Part shown: positions 11,705 to 19,767 of the stretch, piece by piece | Position numbering within the stretch: the stretch's first letter is position 1 | Layout: every line of letters begins with the position of its first letter | From: Bifidobacterium sp. | Lineage (GTDB): Bacteria; Actinomycetota; Actinomycetes; Actinomycetales; Bifidobacteriaceae | Direction: 5' to 3' | Assembly: GCA_036311305.1 (NCBI GenBank) | Contig: JAXJQE010000137.1 | Coordinates: 96-64,095, forward strand | DNA: 64,000 nucleotides | Program-made: the position numbers and the translations under genes | Notes under the pieces: model-generated | The model's database searches: none | What the model was told of the DNA's origin: nothing | The model's input: only the letters and a program-made list of their open reading frames with translations

Positions 11705-11706
11705 GC

Positions 11707-12444
11707 TCACTCCTCCGATTCGATTTCTGCCACGCGCTGCTCGACCTGGCGAAGCCGGTTGCGCAGCGCGTTCTCCATGTCCACGCCCTCGGCGTCCGCC
11801 TCGCGGATCAGCGCGAGCATGGCGTCGGCGAGGCGCTCGCCGTCGTCGGCCGGCGCAGGCAGCGCGTACGCCTCCGCAAGCTCGGGCCTGTCCTTCGCCT
11901 TGCGCACGCGCGAGGCGACCTTCGAGGCGCGCGGCAGCGCGCCCTGCGCATGGGAGATGCCGTCGAGGACGCTGTCGCGTTGCTTTTCCTTCTGCTTCAT
12001 GCGTTCCCACAGGGCGAGCGTCTCCTCGCCCGTGAGCTCGTCGTCGGAGGCGTCGTCGGCGAAGATATGCGGGTGGCGGGTGATGAGCTTGTCGACGAGC
12101 CGGTCGCACACCTCTTCCAGCGTGAACGGGTCGGCCGCATCCTCGGCGCACACCTCCGCCTGGAAGATGGACTGCAGCAGCATGTCGCCGAGCTCCTCGC
12201 GCATGTTCTCCCGGTCGCCGGTCTCCAATGCGTCGATGTACTCGTACGTTTCCTCGAGCAGCGGCTTGACGAGTGACTCGTTCGTCTGCTCGCCGTCCCA
12301 CGGGCAGCCGCCCGGCCCGTGCAGTACGTGCACGATGGCGCGCACGCGCTCCAGAGCGGTGGGTGCGTTCCTCACGGCATCGAGCTTGGGGGAGCGGCGG
12401 AAACCTTCGGGCAGTTCGTAATCGTCATGTGCGGCATCGGTCAT
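11707..12444 (-). CDS. mazG: nucleoside triphosphate pyrophosphohydrolase, MazG family
   Basis: 245 aa from the ATG (complement of 12442-12444). Contains CPWDGEQTNESL..LLEETYEYIDA..EELGDMLL. The 292-aa track ORF extends upstream into the AT-rich repeat region, which is unlikely to be coding. Confidence 0.8.
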   Translation of the reverse strand: MTDAAHDDYELPEGFRRSPKLDAVRNAPTALERVRAIVHVLHGPGGCPWDGEQTNESLVKPLLEETYEYIDALETGDRENMREELGDMLLQSIFQAEVCAEDAADPFTLEEVCDRLVDKLITRHPHIFADDASDDELTGEETLALWERMKQKEKQRDSVLDGISHAQGALPRASKVASRVRKAKDRPELAEAYALPAPADDGERLADAMLALIREADAEGVDMENALRNRLRQVEQRVAEIESEE

Positions 12445-12531
12445 GCCCTCGATTGTCGCGCGTCGCGCCGACGACTTTGTTCCATCACCCGAATAACCAA
12501 TAGAACATTTAGTAACAGTTAGTAACTTATA

Positions 12532-12631
12532 CGCACTTCTATCAGGTTCTATCAACTTCTTATAGGTTCTACCGATTTCTATCAAGTTCTACGAGGTTCT
12601 ATCAAGTTCTACGAGGTTCTATCAAGTTCCG
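12532..12631. repeat. ten tandem 10-bp units (N4)GTTCTA, including two perfect copies of the 20-mer TCAAGTTCTACGAGGTTCTA; AT-rich
   Basis: TTCT recurs at 12537, 12547, 12557, 12567, 12577, 12587, 12597, 12607 and 12617, and TTCC at 12627, i.e. exactly every 10 bp. The 20-mer occupies 12582-12601 and 12602-12621. The array lies in the mazG/hemW divergent intergenic region. Confidence 0.9.
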
Positions 12632-12669
12632 ACGAAGTCCCATGTACCCTGTGGGGTACATTGGACCCC

Positions 12670-13839
12670 ATGTTCGAGGTCTACGTCCATGTTCCCTTCT
12701 GCCTGCGCCGCTGCGGCTACTGCGACTTCAACACGTACACCGCCACCGACCTGGGGGAGGGCGCGTCGCGCAGCACGTACGCCGCGCAAGCCATCCGCGA
12801 GATGCGGCTCGTGCGCGACTGGCAGCTGAGCAACGGCATCGACGAGCCGCCGGCGTCCACCGTGTTCCTCGGCGGTGGCACGCCCACCGTGCTGCCCGCC
12901 AAGGACCTCGGCGCCATCGTGGCCGCCGTACGCGACCTGTGGGGACTCGAGGACGGCGCGGAGATCACCACCGAGGCCAACCCGGACACCGTCGACGACG
13001 CCTACGTGCGCGCCCTGGCCGACGCGGGCTTCACGCGCATCTCCTTCGGCATGCAATCCGCCGTTCCGCACGTCCTGAAGACCCTCGACCGTACGCACAC
13101 GCCCGCGAACGTCGAGGCCGGCGTGCGCGCCGCCCAGGACTGCGGCCTGCGCGTGAGCGTCGACCTCATCTACGGCGCGCCCGGCGAAAGCCTCGACGAC
13201 TGGCGCACCAGCGTGGACACGGCGCTCGCCCTGGGCGTCGAGCACCTGTCCGCGTACGCGCTGACCGTCGAGCCGGAGACGAAGATGGGTAGGAAGATCG
13301 CCGCGGGCACGATGCGCGCGCCCGATGACGACGACGAGGCCGCCAAGTACGCCATCGTCGACGACGCGTGCCACGCCGCGGGCCTGCAATGGTACGAAAT
13401 CTCCAACTGGGCGGTGCCCGGCCAGGAAAGCCGCCACAACCTCGGGTACTGGAGGAACGTCGACTGGGCCGGCATCGGCCCCGGCGCGCACAGCCACTAC
13501 GCGCGCACCGGCGAACCGGGCGTGCGCGCGTGGGACGTCCTGCACCCGCGCGCCTGGAGCGCGGACATCAACGCCGGCCGCATCCCCTGGGCCGGCTCGG
13601 AGCGCATCGACCGCACCGCCGACCTCGAGGAGCGTGTCATGCTCGGCCTACGGTTGCGCGAGGGCCTCGACGTGCCCATGGTCGAGCGGCTGAGCGGCAC
13701 CGACCTCACGGCGTTGTGCGGCCAGCTCACGCACGAGGAACTCGTCACGATGGAGGGCACGCGCATAGTGCCCACCCAACGGGGGCGCCTGCTCAACGAC
13801 GCCGTCATCGAACGCGTCTTCGACGTCGTCCTTGGATAG
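12670..13839 (+). CDS. hemW: radical SAM heme chaperone HemW (oxygen-independent coproporphyrinogen-III oxidase-like)
   Basis: MFEVYVHVPFCLRRCGYCDFNTY contains the CxxxCxxC radical-SAM cluster motif. The usual lepA-hemW neighbourhood is present. The track start at 12661 is a TTG, so the ATG at 12670 is preferred. Confidence 0.85.
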   Translation: MFEVYVHVPFCLRRCGYCDFNTYTATDLGEGASRSTYAAQAIREMRLVRDWQLSNGIDEPPASTVFLGGGTPTVLPAKDLGAIVAAVRDLWGLEDGAEITTEANPDTVDDAYVRALADAGFTRISFGMQSAVPHVLKTLDRTHTPANVEAGVRAAQDCGLRVSVDLIYGAPGESLDDWRTSVDTALALGVEHLSAYALTVEPETKMGRKIAAGTMRAPDDDDEAAKYAIVDDACHAAGLQWYEISNWAVPGQESRHNLGYWRNVDWAGIGPGAHSHYARTGEPGVRAWDVLHPRAWSADINAGRIPWAGSERIDRTADLEERVMLGLRLREGLDVPMVERLSGTDLTALCGQLTHEELVTMEGTRIVPTQRGRLLNDAVIERVFDVVLG

Positions 13840-13857
13840 GGAAGGAGATAGGCGGTT

Positions 13858-14607
13858 TCAGTCGATGTCGAAGTCCACCGGCACACCCGACGCGAGCTCG
13901 AAGTGGCACATCGCCACCCCCGAATTCACGATGGTGAGCAACCCCGGCAGACACTGCACGCGCACATCGAACGCGCCCGCGCCCGGCGCGAACCGCACCG
14001 TCTGCTTATTGAGCGCCGACGGCGCCAACTGCACGCCGCGCATGCCGTTGACGAACCAGTTCGGCAGCGACTCCACCGCCGGCGCGGTGCCGTCCCCGGC
14101 GCCGATGAGCAGTTCCGCGATCGGCTTTGACTTGTGCGGGTGTCCCTCGCGCAGCGCATGGCCGAACACGATGTCGATGACGAAATGCGCGTCTGGCAAC
14201 GCTGCGGCCACCAGGTCCGCGAAGCCGTCGGCGTCCGCGTCCACGCGCGTGCCGTCCGCCTTGACGATCGCGCCGCCAGCCCAGCACGTGTCGAACCCGT
14301 GCGCCACCAACGCCAGCACCAGCGACTCGCCCTTGCAGCCGGCCGCGCGCAGTCCGTCCGCGCTCGCCGGCGTGCGCAGCGTCACGCATGCGGGCACGTC
14401 CTTGAACCTGCCGTAGTAGCTCACCGCGTCGAGGTTTTCGTCGAAGCCCGTCTCGCCGGCGAGGGAGAGGTCCAGCGTCACGGTGCGGTCCGTGTGCGGC
14501 GCGTCGGCGATGAGCCGGGACACCGTGTCCCGCTCGCCGTTCGTCAACGCCTCGCCGTCGAACACGCGCGTCGCATGCCGCCGTTCCATCACTCCCAGCA
14601 CATCCAT
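13858..14607 (-). CDS. nitroreductase-family protein with a C-terminal extension (TM1586-like)
   Basis: 249 aa: MERRHATRVFDGEALT... with C-terminal ...APSALNKQTVRF.... Paralogous to 16054..16725. Confidence 0.65.
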   Translation of the reverse strand: MDVLGVMERRHATRVFDGEALTNGERDTVSRLIADAPHTDRTVTLDLSLAGETGFDENLDAVSYYGRFKDVPACVTLRTPASADGLRAAGCKGESLVLALVAHGFDTCWAGGAIVKADGTRVDADADGFADLVAAALPDAHFVIDIVFGHALREGHPHKSKPIAELLIGAGDGTAPAVESLPNWFVNGMRGVQLAPSALNKQTVRFAPGAGAFDVRVQCLPGLLTIVNSGVAMCHFELASGVPVDFDID

Positions 14608-14709
14608 GGCCGATCCTTTCGAGCTTCCGGTCCTTCGCCGTCACTGGCCATCGTAATCCGCGCATCGCGCGCGGCTGTGGGCGCAATCCGCCGCGGATCG
14701 ATGGACGTC

Positions 14710-15882
14710 CTATGCGTCGAGCGGCCCGTTGCCGGCCGCGGCGGCCTCGCTCGACGCATCCTCCGCGAGCTCGTCGAGGAACAGGCCGGTCGCGGGATCG
14801 CGGCCGTCGCGCGCGATCTCGGCGAGGACCTTGTCCTCGACGCCCTCGTCGAAGCCTGCCTGCACGGCGGGCGGCACGAGCAGCCTAAAGCCGGCGCGCA
14901 CCACGGACACGTCCACGGGCAGCGTGCCCACGTATTCGCCGTCGGCCATGAGCACCGGCGGCTCGTCACCCTCCTCGGCGCGCGAGATGCGCACGTTCCT
15001 CACGCGCTGCCAACCGAGCGCGCGGCCGGCCATGAGCCGCCTCTGGTACATCGACATGAGCAGCTTGGCCAGTTCGCGTCCCTTGGGCGTGTGCCGCAGC
15101 CACACGAGATCGAGCAGGCCGTCGTCGAAGATGGAGTAGGGGGAGATGGCGATGCCGCCACCGATGTGCCGCGAGTTGGCCACGGTCAGCATCGCGGTCA
15201 TGAGGTCGTAGTCCTCCTCGGTGCCGTCGGTGAGCGTGGTGTGCAGGTGGTAACCGTATTTCTTGAAGTGCGTCACCTCGTAGAGCACCGCGGACAGGTA
15301 GCGCAGCGTGCCGTTGGGCAGTTTCGACTTGTTGGCGCGGTCGTTGACGCCGGAGTCCAGGCCGCAGGAGAGCATGCCCGCGTAGTAGCGGTCGATGGGT
15401 TTGGGGTCGTCGCCGGGCTCGCCGGTGGTGGGGTGCAGGGCCACGGAGTCCGAGCCGGGCACGGACGTGACGTGCCCGAGGTCGATGGGTACCTGGCAGT
15501 GGCGTACGATGCCGGCGACGATGCCCTCCACGGCGGTCTCCAGGCGGTTGACGGGCAGCTCGAGGCCGCGCGCGAAGTCGTTGCCCGAGCCCATCGCCAC
15601 CAGGCCGAGGGGTTTGTCGGTGCCGCCGACGGCGTTGACGCCCAGGGAGACCATGCCGTCGCCGCCGACGACCACGAGGTAGTCGTAGTCGTCCCAGCGT
15701 TCGCGCGCGTTGGCCAAGGAGTCGTCGTAGCTCGTGCCCGTCAGGTCGATGGCGGTGAAGCCGTGCTCTTCGCCGGCCTGTTGGAGCAGGTCGAGCACCT
15801 GCTGGCTGTACTTGGCGCCGGCGCCCTTCGCGGACGCCGGGTTGCCGATGACCGCGACGGTCGGTTCCTCATTCTTCGTCAT
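14710..15882 (-). CDS. diacylglycerol/lipid kinase family protein (YegS/DagK type)
   Basis: 390 aa from the ATG (complement of 15880-15882). Contains VAVIGNPASAKG, LVVVGGDGMVSLGVNA and GLVAMGSGNDFARGL. Confidence 0.85.
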   Translation of the reverse strand: MTKNEEPTVAVIGNPASAKGAGAKYSQQVLDLLQQAGEEHGFTAIDLTGTSYDDSLANARERWDDYDYLVVVGGDGMVSLGVNAVGGTDKPLGLVAMGSGNDFARGLELPVNRLETAVEGIVAGIVRHCQVPIDLGHVTSVPGSDSVALHPTTGEPGDDPKPIDRYYAGMLSCGLDSGVNDRANKSKLPNGTLRYLSAVLYEVTHFKKYGYHLHTTLTDGTEEDYDLMTAMLTVANSRHIGGGIAISPYSIFDDGLLDLVWLRHTPKGRELAKLLMSMYQRRLMAGRALGWQRVRNVRISRAEEGDEPPVLMADGEYVGTLPVDVSVVRAGFRLLVPPAVQAGFDEGVEDKVLAEIARDGRDPATGLFLDELAEDASSEAAAAGNGPLDA

Positions 15883-16053
15883 GTGCTCAAGGATAATCGT
15901 GTTACCCCACCGGCGCACGGGTCGGATGCGCGTACTGAGAGGAAGCTCACAGTGCGGGGCGTCTGCGTGCGCCGCTCGGGGCAGCGGGTGGATGGTGATG
16001 TGTGCTCTGGCCTCTCACTGTGCGGGCAGGTGGCGCAGGCCATGACCATTTCG

Positions 16054-16725
16054 CTACTTCTTCCAGGTGAAGTGGTCCTTGCCGGCGCCGATCTCGAAGA
16101 AGCGCATGCCGATGCCGCGGTCCACGTCCGCGAAATGCCCCTCCGGGCACGTTAGGCTCACCGTGTCACCTTCGCCGATGACGGTGTACGGCTGCTTGTC
16201 CAGGGCGCTGGGCGCCTTGAGCAGGGCGTCCACGCCATCCGTGAACCACTGCGGCTGCGCGCCCGGACCCTGCCACGTGGCGATCTCGGCGGCGGTCTTG
16301 GTCTTGTGCGGCTCCCCCTGCGTCTCGCCGTAGCCGACGACGAGCACGCCCAACGCCTTGGCGCCGGGAATGTCCACGTGCCTCAGGGCGCCCTTCTCGC
16401 TGAACAGGCCGCCGATCCACCACGAGTTCAGGCCGAGGGTCTGCGCGACGAGCATGGCCTCGGCGCCGTAGTAGCCGACCTTGAGCGCCAGGTCGGGGGA
16501 GTCGGGCCCGGCGAGCGCGATGTAGTTGTCCACGTTCTTGCCCATCATGCGCGCCACCGGGTTGACGCCGTCCGCCGTACCCGTCACCAGCGTCAGGTAC
16601 AGCCCCGACTCCTGATCGAGCTCGTCCAGTTCCTTGGTGAGCGCCTCCACCACCTGCGCCGTCAGGGGTTCCTTGCGGTACTTGCGTACCATGTGACGCG
16701 TCTCGACCGCCTGCTTGATGTCCAT
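16054..16725 (-). CDS. nitroreductase-family protein (TM1586-like), paralog of 13858..14607
   Basis: 223 aa: MDIKQAVETRHMVRKYRKEPLT...KAPSALDKQPYTV... Confidence 0.65.
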   Translation of the reverse strand: MDIKQAVETRHMVRKYRKEPLTAQVVEALTKELDELDQESGLYLTLVTGTADGVNPVARMMGKNVDNYIALAGPDSPDLALKVGYYGAEAMLVAQTLGLNSWWIGGLFSEKGALRHVDIPGAKALGVLVVGYGETQGEPHKTKTAAEIATWQGPGAQPQWFTDGVDALLKAPSALDKQPYTVIGEGDTVSLTCPEGHFADVDRGIGMRFFEIGAGKDHFTWKK

Positions 16726-16851
16726 GAGCCAATGCTTCCTTCCATGACATGACTGAACCTACAATCGTAGCTGGCGGAACCGTGGCGGGACATGGGCACA
16801 ATCCAAGGACTGCACAACGCCACGGCATCACGGAACGGAAAGGCGAGGGCG

Positions 16852-17442
16852 ATGGGCACCAAGCGGGAGACTACGCGCGGCCACGCGAGAAAGCGGCTCG
16901 TGGACGCGTTCTGGACACTGCTCGACGCGATGCCCTACGAACGCATGACCGTGGCCATGGTCGCCCGGTGCGCGGGCGTGCACCGCAACGCCTTCTACTA
17001 CCACTACAGCGATCTCGACGACCTGGCCGGCGACGCCATCGCCGCCCGCATCCCCTTCGACCGGCTGTGCGCCACCCTGCGCACGCTGCGCCGGCAGGAC
17101 ACCGCGGCCACCACCCCGTTCACCGCCACGCAACTGTCCCTCGCCGACACCGCCGCACGCCTCGTGACCGGTTCGCACGGGGACGCCCGGCTTCGCCGCG
17201 TCGCCAAGGACACCGCCATCGACATGGCGCTCGCCTCCTACGGGCTGGACCGCCACGACCTCGACGGCGACGAGGCGATCGGCCTCGAGCTCGCGATGGA
17301 CGGCATCGCCGGCGTCATGGCCATGCCCGACCTCAAGCGCCACCATCCGGGGTCCGTGATGGACCTGTGGCGCTCGCCATGGGTCGCCAACGCCCTCGCG
17401 CACGTGGACACCATCGCCCGCGGCGCACTGGATCGTCAATGA
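16852..17442 (+). CDS. TetR/AcrR-family transcriptional regulator
   Basis: Helix-turn-helix region RKRLVDAFWTLLDAMPYERMTVAMVARCAGVHRNAFYYHYSDLDDL. Divergent from the nitroreductase gene. The start is uncertain (16792 or 16852). Confidence 0.7.
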   Translation: MGTKRETTRGHARKRLVDAFWTLLDAMPYERMTVAMVARCAGVHRNAFYYHYSDLDDLAGDAIAARIPFDRLCATLRTLRRQDTAATTPFTATQLSLADTAARLVTGSHGDARLRRVAKDTAIDMALASYGLDRHDLDGDEAIGLELAMDGIAGVMAMPDLKRHHPGSVMDLWRSPWVANALAHVDTIARGALDRQ

Positions 17443-17505
17443 ACCGTCAACGCATGTGGCTTGGGGCGTTGCCGAACGCCCAGGCCACGGTTATGAGTGA
17501 CAAGG

Positions 17506-18897
17506 TCAACGGGTGGCCGCGCTCGCCGGCACGCTCAGGTCCGCGGGCGCGCCGTCGTCGCCGCCGATGACGCCGCGCGCCGCCAGGTCCGCGATCTGGT
17601 CGGGGGAGTAGCCGAGCTCCCGGAGCACCTGCGCGTTGTGCTCGCCGAGGCGGGGTGCGGGACGGTACACGGGCCGGTAGCCGCTCATCGTGAACGGCAC
17701 GCCGATCGTCTTGAAGACGCCACGCGCGTCGCCCTGGTCGATGGACACGATGGTGCCGTCCGCGTTGAGCTGCGGGTCATGCTCCAGCTCGTCCCAGTCC
17801 AGCACCGGGCCCACGGGAATGCCCTTGGCGCCCAGGTCACGGGTGAGCGCGCCCTTGTCGTACTGTTCGGTGTACGCCTCGATGCGTTGGATCATCTCCC
17901 GCTTGTGCAGGTTGCGCGCCGCCTGCGTGGCGAAACGCGGGTCGGTGAGCCAATCGGTGAAGCCCATCGCCTCGCAGAACGTCCTGAACCCCTTCTCGCC
18001 GGGGTCGATGACGATGTACACGTACGCGTTCGGATCCGTTTGCCACCCCTTGGCACGGTAGCACCAGCCGAACGCGACACCGCTCTCCGCGTTCTCCTCG
18101 CGAGGGATTGCACGGCCCCACGTGTAGCCGGGGTAGCAGGAGTAGAAGGGAAGCGGGCCCACATGCTCCATGACCAATTGGTCGCGCAGCTTCATGCGGC
18201 ACAGGTTCATCACCGCATCCTGCATCGACTGGAACACGCGCACACCCTCGCCGGTGTGTGCGCGTTGCAGCAGGGCCGCGAGCACGGCGATCGCCAGGTG
18301 CATGCCGGCGTTCGAGTCGCCCACCGACGCGCCCGACTGCAGGGGCACATTGCGCTCGCCGGTGGGCTAGCCGGTGGTGGACGCGTTGCCGCCCGCGCAC
18401 TGCGCGATCGGTTCGAAGGACTTGACGTGCGCGAAGCGCGTGCCCTCGTCGAAGCCCTTGAGGGACGCCATGATGCACCGTGGGTTGATGCGCTGGACGT
18501 CCTTCCAGCCGAAGCCGAGCTTCTCGACGGCGTCGGGCGCGAGGTTCTCGACGAACACGTCCGCCTGTTCGATGAGCCTGGTGAGGATCTGTTTGCCTTC
18601 CGGTGTGGCGGCGTCGACGGCCAGCGAGCGCTTGTTGGCGTTGAGCTGCAGGAAGTACAGGGAGTAGGATCCGGCCACGTCGTTGAGCTCACGGCGCGTG
18701 GGGTCGCCCTCGTAGACGCGTTCCACCTTGGTCACGTCCGCGCCCAGCCACGCGAGCAGCTGCGTGCACGAGGGGCCAGACTGCTCCTGCGTCCAGTCGA
18801 CCACCTTGACGCCAGCCAGCGGGGCGTCGTGCGCCGCCCACGGACTCGTCGTATCCTTGCTGTCGCCGTCGTCAACGTCATCGTTCATGCCGCTCAT
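17506..18897 (-). pseudogene. frc: formyl-CoA transferase (CoA-transferase family III, Frc-like) interrupted by an in-frame TAG
   Basis: Track ORFs 18367..18897 and 17506..18348 are in the same frame, separated by a TAG (complement of 18367-18369). The read-through sequence ...AQCAGGNASTTG*PTGERNVPLQSGASVGDSNAGMHLAIAVLAALL...QDAVMNLCRMKLRDQ... is collinear with Frc as I recall it. Confidence 0.75.
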
Positions 18898-18987
18898 GCG
18901 TGCCTCCCGTCGCCATGTGCCCTATGGCTTCAGGTATAGGCATGGGTGCCGGGCGGGGGAGCGTCGCGTTCGGCCGCGGCGAACGGC

Positions 18988-19551
18988 TCAGCGGTTGCTG
19001 GCGCGCAGCTCCCAGTAGTCCTTGTACGCGTAGCCGTCCTTGCCGACGAGCAGGCCGTCGGACGGCTTGAAGCCGACGGCGGTGGCGGCCTTGGCGCGTT
19101 CGATCGCGTACACGGGCACCTTGAGGATCACGCGTGGCGCCCCGAAGTAGGGCGCGCCCTGCAACGCCACGCGCAGCAGGGACGCTAGGTGGCCGGCACG
19201 CTCGTACTTGCTGGACACGTCCACGCGCAGCACGACGTCGTCGAACGCGTCGTCGGCGCGGCGCCGGCACATCTCGATCGTGCCGATGAGCGCGCCGGTC
19301 GCCTTGTCCACGATGCTCCAGCGCACGAACCATCCCTTGAGGTACGCGCCGATCCAGAAGTCGACGGCCTCCTGCATGCGCGTGATGGTCGCGTAATGGA
19401 AGTTGTCGCCGTCGCAGTTGTCGCTGTTGAAGAACGGCAGCGCCGCCACGTCGCTGTACACCGGGAACAGGTCGAACGCGTCGCCCGGCTTGAGGGGACG
19501 CGCCAGGTAGCGGTCGTCCTGCATGGTGGGGCACTGCTCGTAGATATCCAT
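18988..19551 (-). CDS. GNAT-family N-acetyltransferase
   Basis: 187 aa. The pattern WSIVDKATGALIGTIEM...RVDVSSKYERAGHLASLLRVAL is typical of RimJ/RimL-like GNATs. Confidence 0.6.
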   Translation of the reverse strand: MDIYEQCPTMQDDRYLARPLKPGDAFDLFPVYSDVAALPFFNSDNCDGDNFHYATITRMQEAVDFWIGAYLKGWFVRWSIVDKATGALIGTIEMCRRRADDAFDDVVLRVDVSSKYERAGHLASLLRVALQGAPYFGAPRVILKVPVYAIERAKAATAVGFKPSDGLLVGKDGYAYKDYWELRASNR

Positions 19552-19767
19552 CGCACGTCCTTTGTTTCGTCCGCGTCACATAGGTCACCGCCGATGGTAC
19601 GGCAACCGCGCGCCAGCTACGCCGCGAGCGCACCAATACGGGCGTTCGGCCCCCTATTCGCATGCTGGACGCGTCCGGCGTGCCCCGTGCGCATGGCTGG
19701 TAACCTGTGTGGGCAAACTGCAAACCCAAGGGGATGGGCCCTCCCCGTGACAAGAGAGGTGATCGCG

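Noticed and set aside
12532-12631. CRISPR array or coding repeat as the explanation for the 10/20-bp repeats.
   Set aside because: The units are contiguous with no unique spacers and are far too short (10-20 bp). There are no cas genes nearby. The overlapping N-terminal extension of the mazG ORF (MIEIGRTYKKLIEPDRSAYKLL...) has atypical AT-rich codons.
19571-19735. GlnR-type operator upstream of gltB (GTCACATAGGTCAC at 19575-19588; GTAAC...GCAAACTGCAAAC near 19698-19725).
   Set aside because: Spacing and half-sites do not fit the gTnAc-N6-GaAAc consensus I know, and I cannot score them without a matrix. I mention them only as sites worth a motif scan.
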